In this document: positions 37,328-48,463 of the stretch, piece by piece
Layout: each line of letters opens with the position of its first letter
Numbering within the stretch: position 1 is the stretch's first letter
IMG/VR virus record: IMGVR_UViG_3300032224_000809
Span: 10,598 to 74,597 of that record
DNA length: 64,000 bases
Reading direction: 5' to 3' (one strand)
DNA from: a virus
Notes under the pieces: model-generated
What the model was told of the DNA's origin: nothing
Seen by the model: only the letters and a program-made list of their open reading frames with translations
The model's database searches: none
Made by a program: the position numbers and the translations under genes

Positions 37328-40300
37328 TGTTTAAAAATGCAGAACTGAATCAGCATTTATTATCTTCTTCTGTAGTTCAAACAAACTCTTTAGTTGTTGC
37401 AGAGTGGAACCTTAACATTCCAACAAACATTAAACAAATAGGAAACTACAGATATAGGCCAACAGACCAAACATCTCCATACAATAATATTGTATCTTCT
37501 TTTGACATTAATGATGCTGGTAATCATTACACAGATGCAACAGATTCCGATATAACAATTGATGGCGGATATACAGATAATAATCTTCCAACTACACTTA
37601 CAAAAACAAAAGATAAGTTAAAAATGCTATATTCTTTAGAGTCTTGTTTTCAACAGTTTAGACCAAGATCTGGAATTAATAAGGCATCGTACCTACCTGG
37701 AAGATACCTTCACAGTCAGAATATAAACATGGCACGTAGACCAAGATACTATATGCCTGATAAAAATGATAAATTTAAATATTGGACTTCTTTGAGAACC
37801 GAAGGTAATACTGAGTATGGAATTTCTTTCCTATCTTCTAGTGGACAATATGCAATTAATGATTCAGCCCCTTATATTGTTTATGAAGAAGAGGTTCCAG
37901 CAAACCGTGTAGTAGTTAAATTACAAACGCATTCTGGTAATGTAGACCTTGGCCCCTTTTCAAATGCAACAGGAACTTATTCTGATCCACTATATGGTGA
38001 TGCTAATAAAAGTGTTCCGTTAAGGTGGAAAGTCCAGGGGCTCAAGAATAATACCTGGGTAGACCTAGTATCATTTACAGAAACATCATTAAGACAAGAC
38101 GGAACTCCAGTAATAAAAACAGATGGATATGTTGAGTTAGCCTATGGATTAAAAATACCCAATAGATATAGGGATATCTTTATTTATGCAGATACCTATA
38201 CCTCTGAAGACTTCTTGCCAGATGAGTCAGTAAATGGATACTCTTATTTTATCAAGCAGTCAGAAACTGATATCGGATATTATGTTATATTTATAAATGG
38301 AAACAAAGAAACATTTGTTCCAGAGTATGGTTGGTACTTAGAGGAAGATTCTGTTGATAGACTCACAAACTTTGTTACAGACACTACCTCTCCAGTTAAA
38401 TTTACAACTACAACAAATAGTGGATACAAGTACCGTGAGTTTGACTACGTTGGTGGATTAAGAGTAGTTGCACAAACAATGAATAAAATTGGAGCAACAC
38501 TAGACCTTATTGAACTATCCCCAAGACTGTCTGTAAATGTTTCAGACAAGGTCACTACGCTAAACCTAAAAAAGAGTGCCTCTGATCTGGGTTCTAGTGG
38601 ATTGCCAGTAGGTCAACTCTTAGCCTCAACAGGATCTTTATCTTTATTTGATTTTGATGATGCCTTTAGTGCTAATAATGATAGTAGCATTCTTTCTAAA
38701 TATGTTACTAATCATATACAGTTTAAAATTTATGATGTAACTGTAAATTTAAATGGCTATGACTATATGGTGCCAATTAAAACAATGTATTCTGAAGGTT
38801 TTCCAAAGTATGAAATTACTAATAAAAAACTTACAGTAGACCTTAGAGATCTATTCTTTTACTTTGAATCATTAACTGCACCACAAACATTATTTAGAGA
38901 TGTCAGCCTTAGTGCTGCAGTATCATTTTTACTTGACTCTATTGGATTCTCTAACTATTCTTTTAAAAGAGTTGCTGGAGAAGTAGATCTAGTTATTCCG
39001 TTCTTCTTTATTCCAACAGATAAAAACATTGCAGAAATATTACAAGACCTTGCAAGATCCACTCAGACAGCAATGTTCTTTGATGAGTACAATAATTTTA
39101 TCTGCATGAGTAAGTCTTACATGATGCCAACAGAAGCAGAGAGAGCGTCTGACGTTACGTTATCAAAAGAATTTAACATTATTGATGTATCTTCAAAAAA
39201 TAATTCAGTTTATAACAATGGATATCTTAATTACGAGACAAGGTCAATACAAAAAAACTACGGATCAATTAAACAAGCAAGCCTAATTGATTCTGATAAA
39301 ACCTGGATATACAAACCAGTTCTTTTATGGGAAGTAACTGGAACAGAAAATACAAAAACGTCTACTGGCCAAATAACAAACCAGTCAGACTACACCCTCA
39401 GCGCAATACCCTTAAATTCAAACCTATCGGCTACAGTTCCATATGTAAAAAATAATATAGTTGTTGATAATATTATTGATTTTGGAGAAGGAGTTTATTG
39501 GATATCAAGATATAATGGATATTTTTACTCTAATGGAGAAATTATTAAATATGATGCTGTAGAGTACAGCGTCTCTGGACAAGGAAATGTTTGGATATCT
39601 AGCACACAAGAGTATTCTAATTATTTTTCTAAAATATCTTTTAATGGAAAACTTTATCCAACTGGAAGAGTTAGAATCTATTCTCTTCCTAAATATGAAA
39701 CTGTACAAGGTGTTTTAAAATTAAAAAACGGAGTAGTTGAAGAGCATGGTCGTGGACAGTTTGGCACCGCTATTGTTGCACACAATGCAGCCATATCAGA
39801 TCACTGGCTAGACGCAGCCAACGTAAGAGGTTGCGATATGAATTCAGACTACTTATTTAAGACCGATTATGGAGTAGCAACTGGCACTGTTGCTGCAGCA
39901 GGAGTAAATTCTGCTACTGCTCAAAAAAGTGGAAGAACTAATATAATTAAAAACTTTTTATCAACAACATTTGTAGATGAAAAAACTATTAACTCAATAA
40001 GGTCAACACAAACTGGAACAGTTCAGTCGTCAGCACTTATTTTATCTGGCCCAAGTTTTTCTGCACAAGAAACTCCAATTAACTTTTTGTCATATGTTAA
40101 AAAACCATTAACAGATAAGTTTAAACATTTTGGAACAAGAATGAGAATTATTGGAAAAGTTGAAAGTGGTCTATCTAATTCACAGTCAGCAGTTGGAAAT
40201 ACAACGTACTACGTTGTTCCAGGAACTACACCAGATAAAAATATTAACGTTTCAGGAGGATCTGGGGGGCTTGCAGTTTTGTTAAACCCAGAAACAAATG

Positions 40301-41547
40301 TGGGATATTATTTTGAAATTATAGCATTGGGATCAAATAATATCAGTTCTAATTCAAAAGCAAATGTAAACAATATTATGTTTTATAAAATACAAAAAGA
40401 CTCATCTAGTGATAAAGCAGTTCCAATTAAACTTTGGGAAGGCCTAGGTAATATAATTGTAGACAATGGGTTATTTACTGGTCAATATAGAATGGCGTCT
40501 GAGCAGAACCCAACAGTTTATGATCTTGCAGTTGAGTATATAGATATTGGAAACATTAGAAGGTTTTACTTATATATAAACGGGGTATTAATAAAAACCG
40601 TTGACGATGCATCTCCACTACCAACATATAACAACATGGCTTTATTTACCCGTGGCTCATCAAAGATGATGTTTGAAAATATATATGCGTTAACAACAAA
40701 CTATAGTCAAAACACCTCTAACATTCTTGAAACGCCAGTTCAATCTGTATATGGGGATGATGCTGTGGATGTTCATGAGTCATTTAAAAAATATGCCTTA
40801 AGTGGTATGATTCAAAATACCTATCTTTCAGGTATTGATCCATCACAACCACCAAAATATAATATATACTTTGAAGAGTTTGGAACAATCATGAGAGAGT
40901 GTGCAACATTTAATGTTAAATATGATAAGGCTTATCCAGCGCTTTACGCAAAACTATCTCCAACCTTTAACTCATTAAAAACATATTCGGTATCTGGATT
41001 TAGGGCTGGATCGTACGGCGCTGAGTTTATGGTATTTAATGCAACAGATACTGCAATCAGTTTAGATTCATCAAGTGGAAACTATCTAAGAATACAGGGT
41101 GTAACATTTACGCAGCAAAGTACTAACAAATTGACAGTCGATGAATTTTTTAATAAGGGTAGTGATTTTTCTGATCCACAGTTTGCTGGCTCAAATCTTG
41201 TGTCATCTCCATTTAAAGTAAAGAAACAATATGAAGGAATTAAACTAAGTAGAATGCTTCATGGTAATAAAGATTTTTCTTTAGATGTTCCCTATGTTCA
41301 ATCTTCAGACGAAGCAAACTCTTTAATGTCCTGGCTAACACAAAGAATCATGAAACCTAGAAATTCTATTGGACTTAAGATTTTTTCATTGCCAACAATG
41401 CAACTAGGAGATATTGTAAAGATTGATTATTTAGATAATAATATTGATGTCTTAGACTCAAAAGATAAGCGATATGTTGTATATAGCATAGACTATGCTA
41501 GATCTATAGCAGGTCCAGAGATGACAGTATACTTGGGGGAAATATAA
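37327..41547 (+). CDS. Large minor tail/hub protein
   Basis: TAATG-coupled start at 37327; AMFFDEYNNF and LQLGD-like (MQLGDIV) hub motifs. Confidence 0.7.
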   Translation: MFKNAELNQHLLSSSVVQTNSLVVAEWNLNIPTNIKQIGNYRYRPTDQTSPYNNIVSSFDINDAGNHYTDATDSDITIDGGYTDNNLPTTLTKTKDKLKMLYSLESCFQQFRPRSGINKASYLPGRYLHSQNINMARRPRYYMPDKNDKFKYWTSLRTEGNTEYGISFLSSSGQYAINDSAPYIVYEEEVPANRVVVKLQTHSGNVDLGPFSNATGTYSDPLYGDANKSVPLRWKVQGLKNNTWVDLVSFTETSLRQDGTPVIKTDGYVELAYGLKIPNRYRDIFIYADTYTSEDFLPDESVNGYSYFIKQSETDIGYYVIFINGNKETFVPEYGWYLEEDSVDRLTNFVTDTTSPVKFTTTTNSGYKYREFDYVGGLRVVAQTMNKIGATLDLIELSPRLSVNVSDKVTTLNLKKSASDLGSSGLPVGQLLASTGSLSLFDFDDAFSANNDSSILSKYVTNHIQFKIYDVTVNLNGYDYMVPIKTMYSEGFPKYEITNKKLTVDLRDLFFYFESLTAPQTLFRDVSLSAAVSFLLDSIGFSNYSFKRVAGEVDLVIPFFFIPTDKNIAEILQDLARSTQTAMFFDEYNNFICMSKSYMMPTEAERASDVTLSKEFNIIDVSSKNNSVYNNGYLNYETRSIQKNYGSIKQASLIDSDKTWIYKPVLLWEVTGTENTKTSTGQITNQSDYTLSAIPLNSNLSATVPYVKNNIVVDNIIDFGEGVYWISRYNGYFYSNGEIIKYDAVEYSVSGQGNVWISSTQEYSNYFSKISFNGKLYPTGRVRIYSLPKYETVQGVLKLKNGVVEEHGRGQFGTAIVAHNAAISDHWLDAANVRGCDMNSDYLFKTDYGVATGTVAAAGVNSATAQKSGRTNIIKNFLSTTFVDEKTINSIRSTQTGTVQSSALILSGPSFSAQETPINFLSYVKKPLTDKFKHFGTRMRIIGKVESGLSNSQSAVGNTTYYVVPGTTPDKNINVSGGSGGLAVLLNPETNVGYYFEIIALGSNNISSNSKANVNNIMFYKIQKDSSSDKAVPIKLWEGLGNIIVDNGLFTGQYRMASEQNPTVYDLAVEYIDIGNIRRFYLYINGVLIKTVDDASPLPTYNNMALFTRGSSKMMFENIYALTTNYSQNTSNILETPVQSVYGDDAVDVHESFKKYALSGMIQNTYLSGIDPSQPPKYNIYFEEFGTIMRECATFNVKYDKAYPALYAKLSPTFNSLKTYSVSGFRAGSYGAEFMVFNATDTAISLDSSSGNYLRIQGVTFTQQSTNKLTVDEFFNKGSDFSDPQFAGSNLVSSPFKVKKQYEGIKLSRMLHGNKDFSLDVPYVQSSDEANSLMSWLTQRIMKPRNSIGLKIFSLPTMQLGDIVKIDYLDNNIDVLDSKDKRYVVYSIDYARSIAGPEMTVYLGEI

Positions 41548-41548
41548 T

Positions 41549-42040
41549 ATGGCAGTAGACGCATCATCAGCAACACCTGCAACAGTTAGCGCAGCATCTC
41601 AAAGTGCTGTAAAGATACCAACACCAGACCTGGTTCTTTTTAATACTGCCCCAATGCCAATTGAGGTAATGACCGATTTAATATTTGAAGATATTGGCGG
41701 TATAGAGTTACTAAGCCTATCAAGATCAGACATGGTAAATGGACAAGATATTTTATACTCTCCAATTAGGAATTTAAGCAGCATATTCTTTCAGTATAAT
41801 CCCTTAAACTTGATTGCAATGCAAGGAACAATTCAATCAACATTTGATGCCTTTCCTATAAAGTTTGAGCAGTATGTTCCTGAAAATGGCAATGGCCCAG
41901 ACGGGGCTTCTGTCTATATTGATAGTACTACTGGGGACCTAATTGTCAATGTTGTTAATTTAGGAAATGATGAAAATGTTCGTGTTGAAATACAGGTAAA
42001 TGGAACCAAGTATAATGATACAATATATAGGGCGGAATAA
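41549..42040 (+). CDS. Minor tail protein
   Basis: Synteny. Confidence 0.5.
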   Translation: MAVDASSATPATVSAASQSAVKIPTPDLVLFNTAPMPIEVMTDLIFEDIGGIELLSLSRSDMVNGQDILYSPIRNLSSIFFQYNPLNLIAMQGTIQSTFDAFPIKFEQYVPENGNGPDGASVYIDSTTGDLIVNVVNLGNDENVRVEIQVNGTKYNDTIYRAE

Positions 42041-42042
42041 AT

Positions 42043-43245
42043 ATGATAACTAATACTGGCAAAAACATACTAGCAAAATACCTTATAGGGCAGGCACCAG
42101 CCTATGCCTCATATATTGCTATAGGCTGTGGACCAAAACCTGTTGACACTAGTCATGCATTTACAAATCAGGAAGTATCTGATATGAGCAATAAGACTAG
42201 CCTTGATTTTGAGATGCAGAGAGTTCCGATTACATCAAGAGGATATGTCAAAGAAAATGGTGTCTCTAAAATTGTATTTACTGCAGAACTAGACTCAACT
42301 CCAAGATACGAAATATCAGAAGTTGGAGTATTTTCTGTTGGATCTAATACTGCTAACGGAGCATATGATAGTAAATCTTTATTCTCTTGGGCTAATAACG
42401 AAAACTGGAAACTATATAGTCCTTCATCTGGCTCAGGAACAATTACAGAAATTCCACAAATACTAGACCCGCTTAGTACTAATGCAGTCACAAGCGCTGT
42501 GACAAATAATATTCTTGGTTCATACAATGTCGGAACAAATGGAGCACTTGTTGAATGCCCAGTAATAAAGACAAGTGCAGAAAATACTATCTTTAACTCA
42601 AGCGTAAGAATTGCAAGGAATGAAAGATCTAGATTTTTAAATGAAACAGTTTTGGTGCGGGGAGATTCTGCAACAATAACAAAAGCAAGTGGGAGACTCT
42701 CAGCGTCTGCAACATCTAAATGTTTAATATATACTGGAGTCTCTATTGACCTAACAAGAAACTCATCGGTTGATGAGTTAAAACTTGCTTTTTCTATTGT
42801 TAACAAAAATGAAACTGGGTTAGATCCAGAAAAATTTAAAATCATTCTAGAGTTTGCATCAACAGATGGAACTCAAACTGCAAGAATGGAAATTGACTCA
42901 GACGATATGTCAATAGATCTTTCTTCAAATAGATATTTTGTTGTAACAAAGCAATTGCAGGAGTTATTCTATAACTCTGGGTCAACTCCATTTTCTTGGA
43001 ATTCCGTTAATTTAGTAAAGGCCTATGCTTCTGTATTTAGAAAAAATTCAAGTAATGCTTATGTTGTTTCATCAGACTACTATGTATCCTTTGATGGATT
43101 GAGACTAGAAAATAAGTCTACATCAAACCCACTTTATGGACTTACTGGTTACTCTATTGTTAAAAATATAGATGCAAAGCCAATTGTTAAGCAGACAGCA
43201 TATTCTGGTTATATTGAATTTAGATTTGCTATTGAGGTGCAATGA
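42043..43245 (+). CDS. Minor tail/baseplate protein
   Basis: N-terminal MITNTGKNILAKYL..YIAIG..ISEVGVF motif typical of baseplate/fibre-base proteins. Confidence 0.6.
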   Translation: MITNTGKNILAKYLIGQAPAYASYIAIGCGPKPVDTSHAFTNQEVSDMSNKTSLDFEMQRVPITSRGYVKENGVSKIVFTAELDSTPRYEISEVGVFSVGSNTANGAYDSKSLFSWANNENWKLYSPSSGSGTITEIPQILDPLSTNAVTSAVTNNILGSYNVGTNGALVECPVIKTSAENTIFNSSVRIARNERSRFLNETVLVRGDSATITKASGRLSASATSKCLIYTGVSIDLTRNSSVDELKLAFSIVNKNETGLDPEKFKIILEFASTDGTQTARMEIDSDDMSIDLSSNRYFVVTKQLQELFYNSGSTPFSWNSVNLVKAYASVFRKNSSNAYVVSSDYYVSFDGLRLENKSTSNPLYGLTGYSIVKNIDAKPIVKQTAYSGYIEFRFAIEVQ

Positions 43246-43688
43246 TGGCAACACCAGATCCAGGCATCAAAAATATTATAATTCAAAAAAAAGATCTACC
43301 AGCCTACGATGGTAAAAATAGTTCTTATACAATAAGGTATAAGATAGTTTCTTCTGATGGAAATAGATCATCACATTGGTCTCCACAAAGAACCATGATC
43401 GTTGCAAAACCATTAAATACGAATTTTAATGTTGCAGTATCTGGTCCAAATGTTGTAGCAGTTTGGGATCATTCAAGTGGAAATATTTCTGATAAATTTG
43501 ATGTTTATGTTAAATGGTCTGGAGATACAGAATGGTCTTTTGTTACTACAGTATCTTCATCTTATTTTGTAACATTAAAGAAACAGGCTAAAACAACTAT
43601 TCAGGTTGCAGTACAACAGGAGACATATCAAAAACAAAGATTTAATAATTCTACCTTATGGGAAAGCGGAGTTATATCACTGGCTTAG
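43242..43688 (+). CDS. Virion protein, FN3/Ig-like
   Basis: YTIRYKIVSSDGNRSSHWSP and beta-rich composition. Confidence 0.5.
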   Translation: MMATPDPGIKNIIIQKKDLPAYDGKNSSYTIRYKIVSSDGNRSSHWSPQRTMIVAKPLNTNFNVAVSGPNVVAVWDHSSGNISDKFDVYVKWSGDTEWSFVTTVSSSYFVTLKKQAKTTIQVAVQQETYQKQRFNNSTLWESGVISLA

Positions 43689-43702
43689 TGGTATAATTAA
43701 GT

Positions 43703-44149
43703 ATGGCACAACTTCCCCTACCTGAGCGTGGTCAACCACTAGATGTAACATATGTCTATCAGATGGCTAATGCTATTAATTATCTTGACTCAGCAATATC
43801 GGTTCCATCAACGTATAAGTATGTTACTGTGGATGCAGGTCCAGCAGGAAAGCAAAGCGTAAGAACGTCAGAAGCAAGAATTATTGGTGGATATGTTTCT
43901 ATTAATAATAATACATCTGTAACTGCTTCAGAAGAAAAAGATTTTTCATATGATTTTTCAACAGATTTTAAATATGCTCCAATAGTTGTTGCAACTGTTG
44001 TGAATGCGGGAGGAACCGATGCTGGCCGTGATATGTCAGTAATCATCAAGCCACCATCTACTAACAAAGTAGAAGGGTCTGTTAGATTTAACAAAGGTGG
44101 CATTGTAACCGCTGGAGTTAATCTTATTATCATCGGCATACCAAATTAA
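43703..44149 (+). CDS. Small virion protein
   Basis: FKYAPIVVAT..VNLIIIG fibre-tip-like domain; TGGTATAAT at 43689-43697. Confidence 0.5.
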   Translation: MAQLPLPERGQPLDVTYVYQMANAINYLDSAISVPSTYKYVTVDAGPAGKQSVRTSEARIIGGYVSINNNTSVTASEEKDFSYDFSTDFKYAPIVVATVVNAGGTDAGRDMSVIIKPPSTNKVEGSVRFNKGGIVTAGVNLIIIGIPN

Positions 44150-44340
44150 TGTTAAGATGCTTAAAATGCAAAGGAAGAATGTTCTTAGACAGGATATATT
44201 CATCCCCAATGCATCTCGAATCATATTGCATGCTCTGTGGATCTAGAAGGTTTTTTAATCCACCCAATAGTTCGGAAGAAGGAAGATGGCTACTAAAAAA
44301 GGAACTACAGAGGTCGAAGGCTACAATCTCCTCCCTGTAA
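44149..44340 (+). CDS. Small zinc-ribbon protein
   Basis: CLKC...CMLC. Confidence 0.65.
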   Translation: MLRCLKCKGRMFLDRIYSSPMHLESYCMLCGSRRFFNPPNSSEEGRWLLKKELQRSKATISSL

Positions 44341-44831
44341 TTCCTGGCAATAAAAAAGTTTGGTTTTTAAATAAAGATCTTGTTCGTATTTATCACTACA
44401 ACCAGTCCAATGGAATAATGTCTGTTTACAATATTACTAAAGATCAAATCGAAAGTTGTTTAATTAGTGATTTTAAAAATAAAAGAGAGAGAGCATATAC
44501 GGTAGGCCAGACTGCTGATTTAGTTAATCGTCATAAAAAATATATGCCATCATTAATGAAACGAGGAGTCATTCCATTTCCTACAGGATCACAAAAAGGC
44601 GGGGATAGAGGATGGCAAGTAAGATCATACTACTCAGAATCCCAAGTAAGAGAGATACGTGATATACTTGCTACACACCATATTGGTAGACCAAGAAAAG
44701 ATAATTTAATAACAAATGATATAACACCCACAAAGGCTGAATTGACAAGGCGAATGGGGGATGGTATACTTAAATATACGAAAACTGAAGATGGACGATT
44801 TATTCCAATTTGGAACGAATCAATTAATTAA
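44286..44831 (+). CDS. DNA-binding protein, MerR-like HTH
   Basis: YTVGQTADLVNRH...RSYYSESQV. Confidence 0.6.
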   Translation: MATKKGTTEVEGYNLLPVIPGNKKVWFLNKDLVRIYHYNQSNGIMSVYNITKDQIESCLISDFKNKRERAYTVGQTADLVNRHKKYMPSLMKRGVIPFPTGSQKGGDRGWQVRSYYSESQVREIRDILATHHIGRPRKDNLITNDITPTKAELTRRMGDGILKYTKTEDGRFIPIWNESIN

Positions 44832-44841
44832 GGGGTATAGG

Positions 44842-45048
44842 ATGAATAACGAAGAAACCAAGGTATCTGTAACATTGGGGTACACGCTTAATCTGGGAAA
44901 TTTTCAGTCGCTTAGACTGGATCTTGGGGTTGTTGAAAATCGCAAAAATGGAGAAACAATTGACCAAGCCTTTGAGCGTGTTTATAAGTTTGTTGAAGAC
45001 AAACTGACTACTAAAATTAACGAAGCAAAGTCTGAAATAAACGAGTAA
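44842..45048 (+). CDS. Hypothetical protein
   Basis: AAGGGG RBS before ATG 44842; GYTLNLGNFQSLRLD. Confidence 0.65.
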   Translation: MNNEETKVSVTLGYTLNLGNFQSLRLDLGVVENRKNGETIDQAFERVYKFVEDKLTTKINEAKSEINE

Positions 45049-45356
45049 TGGCCGAACGCAAAGACCGAATGGCTTTGCTTTCAAGATACAGTAAGTATCA
45101 TACAGCAAGGTACGAGTCAAAGCCATCACTGAACTTAAACGTTGAGCAATGGGCTTCCGACGCACTTGTAGAGTCCTATGGAATAGGAGAATGCTATGAT
45201 TTACTTGAGTACTATTTTAGTGTTGCTTCCTCTCCTTCTTGGAATTACTTTGCATACAATGCAGAAAAAATACTACAAGCAAGACTAGATAAGAAAAAAG
45301 ACGACAAAGAACGATTAGAGCGCAGAGCAAAAGCAAAGGAGTGGCTAAGTGAGTAA
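45048..45356 (+). CDS. Hypothetical protein (helicase-associated)
   Basis: Coupled ORF preceding the helicase. Confidence 0.6.
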   Translation: MAERKDRMALLSRYSKYHTARYESKPSLNLNVEQWASDALVESYGIGECYDLLEYYFSVASSPSWNYFAYNAEKILQARLDKKKDDKERLERRAKAKEWLSE

Positions 45357-46569
45357 TACAGAATCAAAATTAATTTCTGCAGTATTAAAAGACAAACAAG
45401 CCCACGTTCTGCTTCAAGCCAATATTGATTCAATTCTCAGAACCCACGGAGACATCTGGACATTTATTCGAAAGTACTTTGAGGCTAATGGATCTACTCC
45501 GCCAGTCAGTTTGGTTGTAGAGAAGTTTAGAGATTTTATTCCAACAGAAGAGATTGGTGCAACAAAGCACCACCTAGAAGAGTTACGTGCAGAGTATTTA
45601 ACAGATAGCCTTAAAGATATAATAAGATCAGCAGCATCGGATGTTCAGTCTGGTAATGGTCCAGAGGCTCTAGACTCTTTAATCACATCTACATCAGCAT
45701 TAAAAAAGAATACATCCGCAATCCGTGATATTGATGTTACTGACCTAGAGTCTGCAGTCGCATACTTTGAAAATGTAAAGAAGATGCAGGCTTTGGGACA
45801 TGTAGGCATTAAGACTGGTCTTCCTGGTTTTGATAACTACCTTCCAGCAGGAATCATGCCAGGGCAGTTAGGAGTCTTCCTTGCATACCCAGGTATTGGA
45901 AAGTCCTGGTTGGCTCTCTACTTCGCTGTACAAGCCTGGAAACAGGGTCGTAGCCCCATGGTCATCAGCCTTGAAATGAGTGAGACAGAGGTTCGTAACC
46001 GTGTGTTTACTATTATGGGTGAGGGCCGTTGGTCACACAGAAAAATTAGTAATGGAGAAATTGAGATTGACATGCTTAAAGAGTGGCATGCAAAGAATCT
46101 TCAGGGAAAGCCAGAGTTCCATATTATTTCAAATGATCAGGGTGGAGAAATTAATCCATCCGTTATTCGTGGAAAGATTGATCAGTATAAGCCAGACTTT
46201 GTAATCGTTGACTACCTTCAGTTAATGGCTCCTAATCAGAAGTCAGATAATGAAACGGTAAGAATGAAGAACCTTTCACGAGAACTTAAACTTATGGCAA
46301 TTGGTGAAGAGGTTCCTATTATTGCTATCTCATCTGCAACCCCAGATGATGTAAATGACCTATCAACTGTTCCAACTCTTGGACAGACTGCTTGGTCAAG
46401 ACAGATTGCCTATGATGCTGACTGGGTGCTTGCTCTTGGTCGTGGAACTAATAGTGACATTATTGAATGCGCTTTTCGTAAAAACCGTAATGGATATATG
46501 GGAGACTTCTTAGTCCAGTGTGATTTTGACAAGGGATACTACAGATACAAAGACTTTGAGGATAAGTAA
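45349..46569 (+). CDS. dnaB: Replicative DnaB-like helicase
   Basis: AYPGIGKS Walker A, SLEMS, VIVDYLQLM, SRELKLMA, KNRNG. Confidence 0.92.
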   Translation: MSNTESKLISAVLKDKQAHVLLQANIDSILRTHGDIWTFIRKYFEANGSTPPVSLVVEKFRDFIPTEEIGATKHHLEELRAEYLTDSLKDIIRSAASDVQSGNGPEALDSLITSTSALKKNTSAIRDIDVTDLESAVAYFENVKKMQALGHVGIKTGLPGFDNYLPAGIMPGQLGVFLAYPGIGKSWLALYFAVQAWKQGRSPMVISLEMSETEVRNRVFTIMGEGRWSHRKISNGEIEIDMLKEWHAKNLQGKPEFHIISNDQGGEINPSVIRGKIDQYKPDFVIVDYLQLMAPNQKSDNETVRMKNLSRELKLMAIGEEVPIIAISSATPDDVNDLSTVPTLGQTAWSRQIAYDADWVLALGRGTNSDIIECAFRKNRNGYMGDFLVQCDFDKGYYRYKDFEDK

Positions 46570-46590
46570 ACATATGGGTATAATTAATGT

Positions 46591-46935
46591 ATGGCAAGCG
46601 TACACCACAAACCAATTAAAAGGTTTAATCTCTCAGGGATTATTCATGATGAGTCAGCCCTAGGCAGGCTTAAACTGGAGTATGCCAGATTATTAGTATC
46701 AGAAATGAAACTGACAGGGTACGTTCCAAGGTTTGACATAGAAGTAGATTTTACGGTAGACTATAATAGTAAGAAGAAATATTTTGAGTTTGAAATCACG
46801 GTACATGGAATATACGTAGGAAGAAGGCAGAGCGAATGGATAGATGGAATAGACGGGCACAAGGTGATTTATACACCGCCGAACAAATTAAAAGAGTCCT
46901 CACGGGCGCAGGTATTGAAGTCGAATCTGACTTAG
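46591..46935 (+). CDS. Hypothetical protein
   Basis: TATAAT at 46579-46584, 6 nt before the ATG. Confidence 0.6.
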   Translation: MASVHHKPIKRFNLSGIIHDESALGRLKLEYARLLVSEMKLTGYVPRFDIEVDFTVDYNSKKKYFEFEITVHGIYVGRRQSEWIDGIDGHKVIYTPPNKLKESSRAQVLKSNLT

Positions 46936-47780
46936 ATTTAAACTACATTATATTTTGCCCTTTCCATAATAACAGTCGCACACCAGCAGGAGAGGTTCAC
47001 AAAGAGAATGGATTGTTTTTCTGTTTCTCTTGTCAAAAGACCGCACCTCTTATTGAGGTTGTCATGCATTCATCTGGCAGATCATATTTTGAGGCAGCAA
47101 GATTTATAAAATCAAAAGAAGGTGAAACTAACCTTGAAGCAGAAGTACAAAAACAACTATACGCAAAACCAGAGTTCCTTCCATTTGACGAGGTAGTCTT
47201 AAAGCGTTTATACAATGGGTTGCTAGTTTCCGATAGAGCAAAAAACTATTTTAAATATAGAAAAATAAATACAGAATCCTGGTCAAAGTTTTCTTTGGGC
47301 TACTCTATCAAGCAGGATATGGTTACAGTCCCAGTACACAGTCCAGACGGAATGCCTATAGGTTTTGTTGGAAGATCTGTTGAGGGTAAAGAGTTTAAGA
47401 ATACTCCAGGTCTACCAAAAGCAAAGACTTTATTTAATTTGCATAGAGTAAAGACATCTGATAATGTCTATATAGTTGAGTCATCATTTGACGCTATTAG
47501 GTTAGATCAGGTTGGAATCCCATCAGTAGCAACTCTTGGGGCAAACGTGTCTAAAGCACAAGTAGAATTGCTTCAGAAATATTTCAACAACATTATAGTT
47601 GTTGCAGATAATGATGAAGCGGGAGGAAATATGAAAGACAGGATAATTGAAAAACTTGGATCTCGTGTTTCCGTTATAAAGTTAGATAAACAATATAAAG
47701 ACATAGGCGACATGGATGACGATTCAATTGCTGGGTTACAGTTCCAGTTTGACAAATCTATCATGTCTATGCTAAACTAA
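46836..47780 (+). CDS. dnaG: DNA primase (CHC2 zinc finger plus Toprim)
   Basis: CPFH..CFSC, IVESSFDA, ADNDEAG, KDIGD. Confidence 0.9.
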   Translation: MDRWNRRAQGDLYTAEQIKRVLTGAGIEVESDLDLNYIIFCPFHNNSRTPAGEVHKENGLFFCFSCQKTAPLIEVVMHSSGRSYFEAARFIKSKEGETNLEAEVQKQLYAKPEFLPFDEVVLKRLYNGLLVSDRAKNYFKYRKINTESWSKFSLGYSIKQDMVTVPVHSPDGMPIGFVGRSVEGKEFKNTPGLPKAKTLFNLHRVKTSDNVYIVESSFDAIRLDQVGIPSVATLGANVSKAQVELLQKYFNNIIVVADNDEAGGNMKDRIIEKLGSRVSVIKLDKQYKDIGDMDDDSIAGLQFQFDKSIMSMLN

Positions 47781-47804
47781 GATAACAACACAAAGGAGAA
47801 TAAT

Positions 47805-48461
47805 ATGAGCGTAGTAAAGGGACTAAAAGCAATCAATGCCCTGCTCGATAAGCCAAAGTATGATGAAAACTCACCGAAGGTAAAGTGGCTAAAACTTGCT
47901 GACGGTCAAGCAGTAAAGATTCGTTTCATTGAAGAATTAGACGATGAATCTGCAAACTACAATGAAAGTCGTGGACTTGCACTTGTAGTTAAGGAACACA
48001 CAAATCCAAAGGACTACAAGCGCAAGGCTGTAGACACAATGGAATCAGAAGGCCGTGACTGGGCTGAAGAAATGCACCGCAAGGATCCAAAGGCTGGATG
48101 GCGAGCACGTCTTCGTTTCTATTGCAACGTTCTTGTTGACGATGGAATTGAAAAGCCATATGTTGCAATTTGGTCAATGGGTGTTAGTAAGCAATCAGCA
48201 TTCAATACAATTCGTGAGTATGCCCTAGAAACAGGAAGCATCTCCAATCTTGTTTGGAAGGTAAAGCGTAATGGTCAGGGAACTGAAACAAGTTACACTT
48301 TGATTCCATCTGCTCCAGATAAGGAACCATTCAACTGGGAAGGCACAGAGCCATATCCTCTTGAACTTGCACTTCGTAACATTCCTTACGCAGAACAAGA
48401 AGCATTCTACTTGGGCTTTGATGGCCCAACAACCACATCTGCAACAAACGCAGACTGGTAA
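47805..48461 (+). CDS. Single-stranded DNA-binding protein (gp32-like)
   Basis: WLKLADG..KIRF, RFYCNVLV, KVKRNGQGTETSY; located between primase and polymerase. Confidence 0.65.
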   Translation: MSVVKGLKAINALLDKPKYDENSPKVKWLKLADGQAVKIRFIEELDDESANYNESRGLALVVKEHTNPKDYKRKAVDTMESEGRDWAEEMHRKDPKAGWRARLRFYCNVLVDDGIEKPYVAIWSMGVSKQSAFNTIREYALETGSISNLVWKVKRNGQGTETSYTLIPSAPDKEPFNWEGTEPYPLELALRNIPYAEQEAFYLGFDGPTTTSATNADW

Positions 48462-48463
48462 GA